A stretch of DNA of 64,000 nucleotides from Phoronis australis (Eukaryota; Animalia; Phoronida), in contig NMRA01000041.1 of NCBI GenBank assembly GCA_002633005.1, positions 449,589-513,588 of the forward strand. The letters run 5' to 3'. The notes under the pieces were generated by a model. It did not search any database. It was not told the origin of the DNA and saw only the letters and a program-made list of their open reading frames with translations. Position numbers and translations under genes: made by a program. Each line of letters opens with the position of its first letter. Positions within the stretch are counted from its first letter, which is position 1. Below are positions 1 through 12,837 of the stretch, piece after piece.

Positions 1-2355
1 GGGGCCAGCGGGGGCCAGAGGGGACCAGCGGGGGTCAGCAGTGGCCAGCGGGGTACAGCGGGGACAGCTGATGGCCGTGGAGCCCAGCAGATGCCGTGTA
101 GCCAAGTGATGGCTAATGAAGGCCCGTAGATACCAGTGAAGACCAGTGGACGTAGGTGCAGGCCAGTGAAGGACAGGGGAGGAGAGTGGAGTCCAGCGGA
201 GGTCACGGGTGTCATTGGAGGCAAGCCAAAACCAGCAGAGGCGACTGGAGGTGACCAAAAGCGAGCGGAGTCCAGCGGATGCCAGCGGAGGCCAGCAGAG
301 GTCATTTGATTGCAGCGGAGGCATGAGGAGACGGAAGGAGGTCGGCAGTTACCAACGGAGTCCAGCAGAGGCCAGAGGAAGCCCGATGAGGCCAGTGGAG
401 GTCAGTGGACTCCAGTGGGGGCCATTGATGGAAATTGAAAGCCAGAGGAGGCCAGGCGAGGCCAGGGGAGGCGAGGGGAGGCCAGTAGAGGCCAGCAGAT
501 GCCACTGGAGGTCAGTAAAATTCAGTGGTGGCCCGTGGAATCCAGTGGAGGCCAGTGGTGGAGAGTGAAGGCCCATGGAGGCCAGTCTAGGCCAATGGAG
601 GCCAGTGGAGGCCAGTGGAGGCCAGTAGAGGTTCGTGGAGTCCAGTGGAGGACAGTGGCGGCCAGTGGAGACCAGTGGAGGTCCATCGACGCTAGTAGAA
701 ACTAATGGGTGCCAATGGAGGTCAGTGGAGACCACTGGAGGCCTGTAGAGTCCAGTGTAGACCAAAAGAGTCCAGCACACGTTAGTAGAGACCAGAGGAG
801 GCCAGCGGAGGCAAGTGTTGCCAAATGGAGGCCAGTGGAAGCCAGTGGATGCCAGCTGATGCCCGTGGAAGTCAATAAAAGATATGGAGGGGCAGTGGAG
901 GCCAGAGGAGGCCAATGGTGGCCACTGGAGACCAGTGGGGGCCAGTGGAGGAAATTTGCGGCCAGTGGTGGCCCGAGGATGCTCGAAAAGGCCAGTGCCG
1001 CCTCGCGGACACCAGCGGAAGCCAGCGGAGGCCAGTGGATGACATAGGAGGCCAGTGGAGGTCAGTGGTGGCAAGTGGAGGCTAGTGGAGGCCAGCAGAT
1101 GGCCGTGGAAGTCAGTGAAAGTCAGTGCAAGGCAGTTGAGGTTAGTGTAGGCCACTGTATGCGACAAGAGGTCCGTAGAGGCCAGTGGAGGCCAGTGGAG
1201 ACCAATGGAGGCCATTAGAGGCCTTTGGAGGCCCGTGGAGGCTAGTTGAGACTAGTGCGAGCCAGAAGAAGCCAGTGGAGGCAAGTAGATGCCCGTGTGG
1301 AGTCCAGTATAGGCACAGAGAGGCCAGCGGAGGCCAGTAGATGCAAGTGGAGGCAAGTGGAAGGCCTTGAGGGCCAGCGTACGCCATTGCCATTAGAGGC
1401 CAGAGGATGCCAGTGGAGGCCAGTGGAGGCCAGTGGAGGCCAGTAGAGGTCCGTGGAGGCCAGTGGAGGCGAGTGGAGTTCAGTGGAGGCCAGTGGACGC
1501 CAGTGGAGGCCATTGGATGCCAGTGGAGGCCCGTGGAGGCCGGTGTAGGCCAACAGGGGCCAGCGGACGTCAGTAGAGGCCAGAGGACGCTAGGGGAGTC
1601 CATCAGATGCCCGTGGAATTCAGTGAAAGTCAGTTGGGGGCAGTGGAGGCCAGTGGTGTCCAGCGGAAGCCACGGATTGCAGCGGAGGCACGTAGAAGCC
1701 AGCACTGGCGACTGGAGGAAGGCAAAAGCAAGCGGAGTCCAGCGGATACCAGCGGAGGGCCCAGAGGCAACTGTAGGCGAGCAGAAGTGAGCGGAGTCCA
1801 GCGGTGGCCCGCGGTGGCCAACGGAGGGCTGCGGAAGTTAGCGGGGGCCAGCAGGGGCAAGCGGAGACCAGTGTGGGCCACTTGAGTTCAGAGGAGGCTC
1901 ATGGAACCCCGTGGCGGACGTGGAGACCAGCGGAGATCAGTGGACGCCAATGGACCCCAGCGGAGGCCTGGGGATGCCAGTAAAGTCCAGCGGAGGCCAC
2001 GGATGGCAGCGGTGGCAAGCGGAAGCCAGCAGAGTCGACGGGAGGTAAGCAACAGTTTGTCATCCATCGGATAAAAGCGGAGGCCACCGGAGGCGAGTGG
2101 ATGCGAGCAGAAGGGAGCGGAGTCGAGCGGTGTCAAGCGGAGGCCAACTTAGCGAACGGGAGCCGGCAGGGGCCAGCAGAGGCCAGCGGGCCCAGCGGGG
2201 AGAGGGGGGTAGCAGATGCCAGCAGATGCCAGCAGTTGCCAGCGGAGGCGACTGGAGTCTAGCAGAAACAAGTGAAGTCCAGTGGAGGCAATTAGATGCC
2301 AGCGGAGGCCAGTAATGCCCAGCAGAGACCAGTGGAGATCAGAGGAAGCCAGAAA
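1..2355. repeat. Degenerate GC-rich satellite, ~10-bp unit GGAGGCCAGT (left block)
   Basis: Continuous variants of ggaggccagt/ggaggccagc/gggggccagc, with a near-perfect run at 1410-1510. The ORFs here are 10-aa periodic translations of the unit (QWRPVEASGG, PPLASTGLHW). Confidence 0.95.
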
Positions 2356-4324
2356 CTTTAGTAAATCAAGCCAAAGCTAATCACCGACACAAGCTTTTTC
2401 AACAAATTAACAGCGCAAGCAAGAATTCCAAAGAATACTGGAACATCATCAATAAAATACACGACAGTCAACAGCAGTCCTCCTATCCTGTCATCAACTA
2501 TAATGGTAACCTAGCCTCACGAAGCAGTGACAAGTGTGATTTGTTTCTCAAATTTTTCACGAACAAAAGCCACATTACACCAACTGATGGCACAGCTTTA
2601 ATAACCAGCAAGATGATCAAAATGATTGCCAACGAAATTACCATGCCCCTGACCAATCTGTTTAACAACCTTCTTCAGCTAGGCATTGATCCGTCTTCTT
2701 GGAAACATGGAATTATGGTCCCTACACACAAAAGAGGCTCCAAAACTGAAATTTCAAATTATCGCCCAATAACATTACTTAACACCCTGTCCAAAATCTT
2801 GGAGAAGATCATTGCTCAAAGTATTCTTACATTTCTCAAACAAAACAACTTGATCTATCATCGTCAATGTGTTTTTTTGCGTGGGAACAGCACAGTGGCA
2901 CAACTTGTTGAAATAGTACATGAGATTCATTTACATTTTGAGAAGGGCGAGAGTGTCAGGTCCATTTAATGTAGATATAGCTTTTGCTTTCGACTGTGTC
3001 CCTCACGAACTTCTACTTCACAAACTTCGATCCTACGGCATTACTTGTAATCTTTTAAACATGATCACCTCATATCTCTCCCAAAGAACATACAGTGTTC
3101 GTGTCGACGGCGTACTTTCAAATTTATCCCCAGGCCTCCTGGATTTGTAAACGCAGGTGTACCGCAGGGTAGCGTATTGGGCCCTCTTCTCTTCTTGGTT
3201 TATATTAATGACCTTCCTGATAACCTGTCATATACATGTAGCACATACCTTTATGCAGATGACACGGCGCTTTTTTACCCCTTCGCAGGGATCAGCCCTG
3301 AATGTTCTTTGCAGCTTCAACACGACTTAAAAAAACTAAGCTATTGGTCACAAGAATGGATAATGAATTTCAAATCAGAAAAAAGCGTTGACCTCACCTT
3401 CTCCAAATCCATTAATGCTCTCTTCCTTGTTGACACGTCTTATGACCTTAAGCTTAATGATGAAATCATTCCTAGAAAACAGTCGCACAGACATCTGGGT
3501 ATACTGTTAGATGAAAAACTCTCATTCACCTTCACGTTCAGGAGCTCGTACAAAAAACTCAGGAACTAATTAACCCACTTAAGCATGTCTCTCGTCATCT
3601 GAATTCTACACATTTAGAAGTTTTGTTCAAATCCTTTGTACTTCCACACATTGATTATTGTGATATTATATATGAGTCTGACAATACGGGTGCACTCCAA
3701 ACTTTGGAGAAGTTACAATATTAAGCCGCCTTACTCATAACCGGAGCTTACAGGGGATCCAATAGTGTTAAGGTTTTGAATAGTCTCAAGTGGCCCACTG
3801 TCTACTCGACGCAATCTTCACATGATCACATTTACTTTCAAGGTAATAAACAATGTCAACAACGTGTCTGTCCAAAAAATATTTGATCTATTTACTAGAC
3901 AAGGCCACCGTAGTGATTTGAGATCCTCCACCCCATATGCAATTCCTCCGTCGTTCAGTCAGTCATTCAGAAGGTCTACAGTCATGATGTGCATCAACAA
4001 CTGGATTCTCTCCAAGTCTCTGTTAAGGAAAGCAACTCTTTTACGAGTATAAAAACATTTTAGAACTGCTTTTAATAATTTTGATAACTCAACACCCTTG
4101 ACTCAATTCTCCCTTACCCGCGATAACGAAATAGCATTGTACAGATCAAGATGTGGCCTTTTCCTCAACTCTGACAAGTTCAGGCACAACTTTAGTAATG
4201 TCTCTCCAAACTGTAAATGTGGTGACTATCAATCTTATCCTCATATTTTCTTCAAATGTCCCCTCATCAAATCCCTGAGAGACTCACTCTTTCGTGCACT
4301 CAATGATAACCAATCAATTGTTAA
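2356..4324 (+). mobile_element. 5'-truncated, degenerate non-LTR retrotransposon (CR1/L2 group), ORF2 reverse transcriptase
   Basis: RT motifs SNYRPITLLNTLSKILEK, AFDCVPHELLLHKL, GVPQGSVLGPLLFLVYINDL, YADD (3252-3263) and HRHLGILLDEKLSF, plus a C-terminal CKCG..HIFFKCP finger. Several frameshifts and stops. Confidence 0.93.
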
Positions 4325-6235
4325 GGTAGGTGTATACACTGATCAAATCTCCAGGTTTCTAACTAAAATGAGTAAAAAGGGAGTTTTAACTAGTTAGACA
4401 TGACTCTGAAAGTGACAAAAATCGAAAAAAAAAGTTTTTTTTTGTAGTTCGATTTTTTAAAAAATCGTATTTTTTAATTTTCAAAAAATCCAATTTTACC
4501 TCGATTTTTTTTTTCAAAATGCACAGGGATCATCAACTGTTTCCTTACGCAATATTCTACTTATCCATACCAAATATATGTATAAAATCATTATGATCTT
4601 GATTTTGTGGCATTTTTTGTGTGTGAGTTGGGGCAAGCACGCCACTTTTTGTCATTTGGTCACTTTCTGTCTAATAACTAAAAATCTGGTCCATTTATCA
4701 AAAAACCCTGGCACGCGATTTTACTTCAGTCCTAGAGGATTTCAAATTTACAACTTTCGTAAAAATTGACCCACGTGTTGTGGAAAAATAGGCCCGAGAA
4801 TCTTGTCACTATCCTGAAATCACGAGCCGAGAAAAACGGCTTTGAAGTTAAGCGGTCCATCGATTGCCACTTGAGATCAAATTTCGTTCAGAATGCGTGG
4901 TCATTATGTTCCAATTTTTGTTGAAGTACTAGAAATAAAGCTGATACTTACTTCTTGTTTAGAAAATGTGACATACCTGTTTGTTTACAGCGTAATATTA
5001 ATCATTTTTTCGAACTTGTGAAGCACGACAGACGACCAAAACAAGTATGGCTGTCACGTGGGCGGAGCTTAGCGTTGATCTATTGTCTGCTGCACTGGTG
5101 TGCCGACCACACATTAAAACCATGTGTTGATTGTTTATACGATTCATCTGAACTCTCCACTCAGTATAGTAAAAGACACTCTATATGACACAGACTTATT
5201 TGTTAGTATTCCAATATTATCATCAACCAATATATGTGTTATATCAAATCGCCGCGTTACTGTCTATTGGCGACGAGGATAAAGAACTACTTTCATAGTA
5301 ATGGTTCAACATTTTACGTGCCTGTACCGAATGGACTTTCTGCGCAAATAGGTTCGCTTGGGTGAGATTCTCAAGTTACCAAAGTTTCTTATATTGCTTT
5401 CCTCTAGAATCGTATAATATCATGAGTTTTAATTCAGGATTACGTTTGAATCTATGCACTAGAAAAATTTTGTTATGTTGAACACTTGGTCATTTCTTTG
5501 GGTTACGGCCAGTGGCAAGTTAAAAAATCCTCTGGGTTTGACAGCCTAGTTTCTCCCGGCGCGTTCCCAGCACAGAAGCACGGTTTATCTGCGAAGACTC
5601 TTCTCTGACGGCATGTAGTTGCCAATGTGTCGCGCGCGCGGCTTTGTCTTCACAGCGCGTGCATGCACTCTCACCGAATCGTGCAACACCACCCACGTCG
5701 ATGCTCAGCGTCCTCTCGCAAGACACCTTACCTCATATTACCGACTTCTCTTATACATGCACAATTTCTGCACTGACTCCTCAAGCTGAGTGCAGTGATG
5801 GCTTTGGTAGGATCTGGCGTACTTAGCAGATACACAAACAGGCTCAGGCTCGGAACAGGAGCTAGTTCATAATTTCACTACCAACTTTCACATGGTCAAA
5901 AATAGAATTATTTTATTCTTGCCTTGGTCTTGCTACAACACCAATATCAGCTGGTACAGCACTCTCGATTGCCCGGTTACGCAATGCTTGTTGACAGGGT
6001 TAGATTAGAGCTAGTGTCCTTGTACATAAGCTCCGCCCCAGTTGTCAATCACTGAGCTGGTGAGCACTCAAGCCATACGACTTACTGAGGCTTGGTCAAA
6101 TATAGCTAAAAAACAACTTTGGATTTTCAGAATGATTTTATTTTTCTTCAGTATACTGTGCATCAAGAATTAAAGATTAGGATGACATAAAAATGTAAAA
6201 AACAGTGAAATTATTTTTTTGTGTATCCACCTACC
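4325..6235. mobile_element. Non-autonomous Kolobok-type DNA transposon inserted in the LINE
   Basis: TTAA at 4321-4324 and 6236-6239. TIR ggtaggtgtatacac / gtgtatccacctacc (14 of 15 match). Removing the element restores the LINE reading frame. Confidence 0.85.
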
Positions 6236-6575
6236 TTAACGATCTCAATTCTTGTAATAATATCCCTACTAGAGTGACATTATTACTGAATGGTAGTAAT
6301 AACCTTGACTTCGTTCTCAACGAATTCCTCCTAAGCAACGTTAGCAAATTTTTATGTACCGTTTATCAATATTGTTGCATCTGTACATATTTTTGTTTTT
6401 ATATATCTGTAATAGCATGTCTAAGTATTGGAATACTTATTTTAGATACTACTTAATTGTATATACCTCTATGTATATGAATTGTTTACAACCCAGACAT
6501 AATGCTTCGCGGTTTCTGGGTTTGTTATTATTTCTTTGTATGTTCTGTGTATCCTTCAATAAATATATATCACAG
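6236..6575 (+). mobile_element. 3' end of the same LINE (ORF2 C-terminus and 3' UTR)
   Basis: In-frame continuation QSIV|NDLNSCNNIPTRVTLLLNGSNNLDFVLNEFLLSNVSKFL, then an AT-rich UTR with AATAAA near 6558 before the satellite resumes. Confidence 0.8.
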
Positions 6576-9228
6576 TGAAAAGGCCAGAAAAGGCCAGTGG
6601 AGGCCATTGGAGGACAGCAGGATACCAGCAGAGGCCAGCGTAGAACAGCAGATGCCAGCGGTAGCCACCAGAGGGTAATGAAGACCAGCGCATTTCCGAG
6701 GAGGCACATGGATCACCGCGGAGGCCCGTCGCGGACCGTGTAGGCCCGCGGAGCACCATGGAGGCCCGGTGGAGGCAAGTGGATGCCAATATGGGCCAGT
6801 TGAAACCAGTGGAGGCCAGCTGAGAGAAGTTGAGGCCAGTGGAATCCCATGGAAGCCAGGGGAGGCCCGTGGGGACCCGTGGAAACCTGTGGAGGCGGCG
6901 GAGGCCAGCGGAGGCCCGTGGAGGTTACCGGAGGCCCGTTTAGCCCAGCGGGGGACAAAAGGAGCCAGTAGGGGGACCAGCGGGGGCCAGAAGGGCCAAC
7001 AAGGACCAGCGGGTATCGGCGTGGGTCTGCTGGTGTATGCGGGGGCCAGCAAGTTCCAGAGGGGAAGAGTGGGGGCCAGCGGGGTCCAGAGGAGGCCAGT
7101 GGGGGCCAGCATTGGGCAGCGAATGCTAGCAGGGGCCAGCGGAGGCCAGCGGGGGGCAGCCGGGCCAGTGGTTGATAACGGGGCCAGCGGGGGACAACGG
7201 GGCAAGAGGGAGCCAGCGGGGGTCATTTGTTGCCAGCACAGGTCAGCGGAGGCCAATAGAGGCCAGTCGAAACTAGTAGACTTCAGTATAGGCCAATAAG
7301 GGGCAGTGGAGGCCCGTGGTAACCATTGGAGTCCAGTGGAGGCCCGTGGTAACCATTGGAGTCCAGTGGAGGCCCGTGGTATCCATTGGAGGCCAGTGGA
7401 GGCCATTGGATGGAAGAGGAAGGCCGCTGAAGACCAATGTAGGTCACTCGAGTAAAGTGGAGGCCAGAGGAGGCCAGTGGTTGACAGTCGAGACCAGTGG
7501 AGGCCATTGGGCGCCAGGGGAGGCTAGGGGAGGCCAGTGGAGTCCAATAGTGGCTAGTGGAGGCCAGTGGAGGTCAGATGAGGCCAGTGGAGGCCAGTGG
7601 AGTCCACTAGTGGCCAGTGAAGTCCAGTGGAGGTGTGTTAATGCCAGCAGAGGCCAGTTGAGGTTAATGAAAGCCATTGGAGTAAAGTGGAGTCTAGTTG
7701 AGGCCATTAGAGTCCAGCAGAGGCCAGTGGAGGCCATGGGGGGCAAATGGAGGCCAGTGGAACCCACTGGAAACCAATGAAAGACACTGAATGCCAGTGG
7801 ATGCGAATGGAGGTGAGTGGAGGGCATCGGAGGCCATCAGAGGCCAACAGTTGCATGTCCAGTCCAGCAAATACTAGCGGATACAAGAGGATGCTAGCGT
7901 AACCGAGCGGAGGCGAGCAGAAGAGAGCGGAGGCCAAAAGTTTCCAGCGGAGGCCAGCGGATTCAATCGAAGCCAGTTGAGGCCATTGGAGGGCAGCGGT
8001 TGCTAATGAGAGCCAGTGGAGTCCATTACAGGCACGTGGAGGCCTTGGGGTCCCGTGGAGGCCAATGGGGGAATTTTGAATCCAGTGGAGGCCAGTGTAG
8101 GCCAGCGGCGGACCGTCAAGGCCAGTGGTGGACTGCGGAGTCCATTGGAGGCCAGATGAGGCCCGCGGTGGCCAGCAGAGTCCTACGGACGAAAGAGGAG
8201 GCCCAAAGGAGGCCGGCGTAGCTGAGGGGATTCGAGCAGAAGCGAGCGGAGGCCAGCGGATCCCAGCATGTTCTACATGTAGCTAAGGCCATCGGTTTCC
8301 AGCGGAACCCAGAGGAAACCAGGGGAGGACAGCAGGCGTCATAGTAGCCCAGCGGAAGACAGCAGAGGGCAGCGGAGGCCAGTGAAGGCGACTGGAGGCA
8401 AGCAGAAGCGAGCGGCGTCCAGTGGAGTTCAGCGGAGTCCAGCGGAGGCCAGCGGAGGCCACTGGATGCTAATGGAGGCAAGTGGGGGCCGGTGAAGGCA
8501 AGTCATCGCCATTGGGGGCCAGTGAATGCCTTGAAGTCCAGAGGAGGGCAGTGCAGGCCATAGTTGGCCAGTAGAGGGCGGTGAAGGAAAGTGGAGGCCA
8601 GTGGAGACCACTGGAGGCCACTAGAGGTCAGTGAAGGCCAGAGGAGGCCACAGGATACCGGTGGTGGCAAGTAGAGTCCAGTGGAGGCCATTGGAGTTCA
8701 GTGGAGGTCAGTGGAGGCCAGTGGATGCCTGTGGAACCCACTGGAATCCAGTGAAATGCACTGGGGCCCAGGGGATGCGAGTGGAGATGAGTGGGAACGA
8801 TTGGAGGCATTTGGAGGCCAGAGGAATCCAGTTGAGGCCATTGGGGGTCGTGGAGGCGAGCGGAGGCCGGTGGTCTCCAGTGGAAGTCATTTGACCCGGT
8901 GGAGGCTAGTGGAGGCGAGAGGAGGTGAATGGAGGCGAGTGGAGGTGATTGGAGGTCAATGAGACCCTTGGACGCCATTGGAGGCTGTTGGAGGCGTTAG
9001 AGGCCAATGAAAGCCATTGGAGACCAGCAGAGGCTGGCGAAGTCCAGCGGAGGCCAGCGGAGGCAGCGGAGGCTAGTGGAAACCAGCTGAGGCCAGCAGA
9101 GGTTGGCGCATACCGGCAAAAGCCGGCGGAGGCCGGTGGAGGCTATCGGAGGCCCGCGGAGACCAGTGGAGGCCAGTGGAGGCCAGTTTTGGCCAGTGGA
9201 GGACAATGGAGACTAGTGGAGGCCAGGG
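6576..9228. repeat. Degenerate GGAGGCCAGT satellite (right block)
   Basis: Same unit and orientation as 1-2355. Includes a young 30-bp higher-order tandem (cagtggaggcccgtggtaaccattggagtc) at ~7304-7400. Confidence 0.95.
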
Positions 9229-9295
9229 TATTTGATTTAAAAACAATTCCTGATAGCATTTAGGAGAAGAGTACACAAAGAATATTTTGGAAACA

Positions 9296-10614
9296 CTTTA
9301 TCACGTTCATTCCGACATCTATTTGGTCACATCATGTGAACTATTGAATGTAAATCCGAAGTCCTGAGTCAGGTTGGATTTTTGCGCTTGACCAGTGATC
9401 CCGATGGCTCAGTGGCTTTAGCGTCTGTACGGTTCTGGGTTCGAGTCTCGGTCGGGGGAGAAATCTCTGCGAACTTATGCTCATTGGGTCACGTGATGTA
9501 ACCAAAAAGATGGGGATTGAACGAGATAAACTGCATGCAACATTCCTCACTGAGCACGATACATGTATAATTATACACTCATAACGCATAACCGAAATTT
9601 TCCTTTGTATCCAATCAGCGGTTTTTGAGATATGGTGTTCCGTGGAATTTTTCATGGTCCTACGTGAGTACCGAGGGTTTTCTTTCAACTGGTACTATAA
9701 GTACCCGAGATGAACACCTAAGTCAGAATGCTTGTTCTAACCTGTAGTAGCTTTGAAACGTTCATATACGATGATCGACCAACTTGTAATTCATTAGTAC
9801 CAATGTGGAGCCAGTGGTGTTGGGGTGGTGACGACCACGGTGTCATGATCCCTGCCAATTTTTGCCTGACAATCCACAGAAATCGCAAAAACCACATTTT
9901 CCGAGTAAAAATGAAATTTAACACAGGTGGTATTAGGTGGGCCTAAGGGAATCCCCTTTATTGGGGTTACGCAAACATTCTTTATTCAAACACCTTGCTG
10001 TCTCTCTTGCTATAATCAAGATCTGCCTACGTTTAATAGCATGCAGTGAATGAATGTAAAATGTCCCTTAATTTATGATCATGGGATTGCCCCTCTAGCT
10101 ACTCGGAATTCGCACTAGCAAGACAGGCGTGATCATCAGAGATACAGGATCCAGAGAGTACTAACTAGACACTCTCGTTTTGTCATGTAAAAACGTGTAT
10201 CTGCAATTTGACAGAATTGAGAACCAGCAATCCGAGAACCTACATGTACATTAGTTAATAAAACTGATTAATTAGTCATGCTGGGAAGTGATCACACTGA
10301 AAAGCACCTACATGTATAGTATTTCAATGCGAGTGTGACGACTAAGTATTTTTCTGATTGAGGGGCCAGTGAAGGAGCGCTCGCTTTTTGTTAGTCACAA
10401 AGTGGATGATAGCCATATCAACGTCGCTTAAACTGCACCATATAAATTCAGTGTGTTTGTTATTCAGTTTAAGAAAATTTTACATTAAGTACCAAAAATA
10501 CAACAATGTGATGTCAATTCGAGCAATTAATTGAGAATTACAATCTTGTGAAAGGAAGTTTGCCAACGATCGAAGTGTAACAGCCATTGGCCATTTCAAA
10601 GTGCTCAAAGTTTA
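9296..10614 (+). repeat. ~1.3-kb interspersed repeat, copy A (carries a tRNA-like cassette)
   Basis: Alignable by eye along its length to the reverse complement of ~18883-20177, e.g. gtgatcatcagagatac, aagtttgccaacgatcgaagtgtaacag and cgtgagtaccgag. Confidence 0.85.
9397..9460 (+). pseudogene. tRNA-derived (SINE-head-like) sequence with Pol III A and B boxes, anticodon arm partly deleted
   Basis: TGGCTCAGTGG (A box) and GGTTCGAGTC (B box), with tcccga/tcgggg acceptor-stem pairing. About 11 nt are missing relative to copy B. Confidence 0.65.
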
Positions 10615-10828
10615 GTGGTTTGATTGTTGTTCAAATAAAGTATTCTCGACAAAAGCGTCTCATGCATTTATACATAACGACCACTTTGATAGGCTTTCTG
10701 GCACTTTAATTGGACTATGACAATCAGTCAACGTACAATGGTGACTAGAGCTATTGTTTCGCAATGCTATTGTGGTACGTAGCCCAAAATAATACAATCA
10801 AGTATGTAATATCCAGCAGCTTGCAAGA

Positions 10829-10895
10829 ATGAGTGTACCACAATCAGCTACTTTGAGTTTGCTTATTTTTCAATTAATTTCAAAAGTCAGATCAG
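10829..10895 (+). CDS. Exon 1 of multidomain secreted/surface protein: signal peptide
   Basis: ATG at 10829, MSVPQSATLSLLIFQLISKVRS, donor CAG|gtatgt, phase 1 matching the next exon. Confidence 0.7.
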
Positions 10896-11257
10896 GTATG
10901 TTGGAGCTTTCTCAGTCCTGGAATCATTTTTTTATTTGAGTAAAGTACAAGCTGAGGTCAAATACATGTGGTCTAAATCACTAAATGTAACTGAGATAAT
11001 TATTTATAATTTGACGCATTTGTTAAACTTGAAACGGTTTTTCTTCCCCGAATTTAAGCATTAAACTGAACGCTATTTATCAATTTTTGTTGTGATAGTT
11101 TACTCCTAGTTTTAATAATGGAATTTGGGAAATGTTAATCTACATGGCAAAAATTAAACTCTAAAAAATTGTGATGGGATTTTATTGCTCAAGTTGCGTA
11201 ATTTGCATAGTATAAGTCACCGTTTTGTATATTAATGTGACCTTGAAATGGTTCCAG

Positions 11258-11503
11258 AAACATGTAAGGGAAGCGTACTGACGATTCCGAAAAACGCCGA
11301 AGAGTTATACACATTTTTTCACCCAACGCGCGACATCGTAATCACAGAATTTATGTGTAAGTTTGCACACTTAACAATGGATAACACAGATGAAGACATA
11401 CTCAGAAAAGATATGTACAATCATAACAGTATGATAGTAAAGAACCGTTGTGAAGACGGCATCTGGATGCACGATCCAACATCTTTGCCACCATGCTACC
11501 CAA
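11258..11503 (+). CDS. Exon 2: Sushi/CCP-like domain
   Basis: ccag| acceptor and |gtgagt donor, phase 1-1. Four Cys with C..IPKNA, FMC and CEDGIW....LPPC pattern. Confidence 0.8.
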
Positions 11504-11599
11504 GTGAGTAAGGGATGACTTGCTTATCCGAACACCTCCATTACCAACCCCCAGTTTTTGGGTATATGTATTTCCTTGTACGGCGGAAAAGTGCATGTT

Positions 11600-12045
11600 T
11601 TATTTTAGTATTTAAAGAGGCATGGAACGTGAAATGTTGTATATGTATTCTGAGGAATTGAAATACTATAGAAAATTAGGAGAAACACTGACAACAAAAG
11701 GCGGTTGGATATTTCATAGGGCACGAATAGTTATTCCAAAAAAATTTCGAAAACAAGTGTTAGATTTGCTTCATATTGGCCATTTTACGATGCAAAGAAT
11801 TAATCAACTTGCACGGACTGTAGTTTACAGGCCCCACATTGACAAAGATATTAAAGAATTTGTGGGTCTTTTTTACGTCTTGTGGTGAACATCAGAACAA
11901 ACCACCAAAATCGGCTATTCATCCGTGGATGTTAACAGAAAACCCATTGCGCCGTGTTCAAGTTGATCATGCAATCAATTTTTGAGGCCAACGGGTTGGT
12001 CATGTTAGATGCGTATTCGAAGTACCTGTGTATACATCCATTCTT
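11600..12045 (+). mobile_element. Decayed Gypsy-type LTR retrotransposon integrase fragment
   Basis: ARIVIPKKFRKQVLDLLHIGH..MQRINQLARTVVY.PHIDKDI (integrase zinc-binding region), followed by frameshifted HPWML.EKP, VDHAINF and DAYSKY. Confidence 0.85.
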
Positions 12046-12837
12046 CCAAACATAACGATTCCAAAGAAAGGCATGGAAGCATTCAGTTTGGGATCAAATG
12101 GGCTAGTCTCGGCGGCTGGCTTCGCGTTAAAAGAATACTAAACCTTTTCTTGATGATTTTAACCAACCCTTGTGCTGTCACCTGCTAATGCATCAGTTAA
12201 TAGATCAGACAGGAATCAACTAGACACTCATACTTCCTATGTCACAGATTAGACATTTTGGTCCTTGGCGGGAGGTCTTGGCCCACAGTTGCCGTGTAAA
12301 TCACTAAAAACGTTGGTCACGTTTGCCCGTTTAGCAGACTTATAGTTCCTTTCGACTTTTCCTTCATATTTTGTTTCTGAGAATTGTATGATAAATTCGT
12401 TTTAGTATCTGTTAATAGGCCAAACCAGGTTTAGTTCCTTTTTAACCAACAAGTTAATTCGCAGATTTTGTTACATTTGCAGATCATCTGTATAACTGCA
12501 CGTTGCTTTTCAAATTAGAAAAACTTCAGCACAACTCTGCCTTTCAGTGCCACACTTGCATAAACATTTTGGCAGAATTATTTGAAAGTTTATTCAAAAC
12601 TTTGTCGCAGTAAAATAGCAGGATATTTATTGAATTTTTGTAAAACTTAAGTTGGTTTCAGTACGCCTAGCTGGTTGTTGTCTACATTGTATTTATGCAA
12701 TGGACATGGTCAGTGAGTTGTGGAGATCTTGATACTGAGATTTTGGTGGAATTTTTGCTAGAAATCAAAGGGATCCCAGTACGAAATCAAATAGTCTTTT
12801 TGATGTTCTGTGACCCTGTACTTTGGCAGTGAAGTTA

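Noticed and set aside
209-9276. Dozens of overlapping ORFs of up to 288 aa in the satellite
   Set aside because: They occur in all frames on both strands and are translations of a stop-free 10-bp unit, with no domain or splice support.
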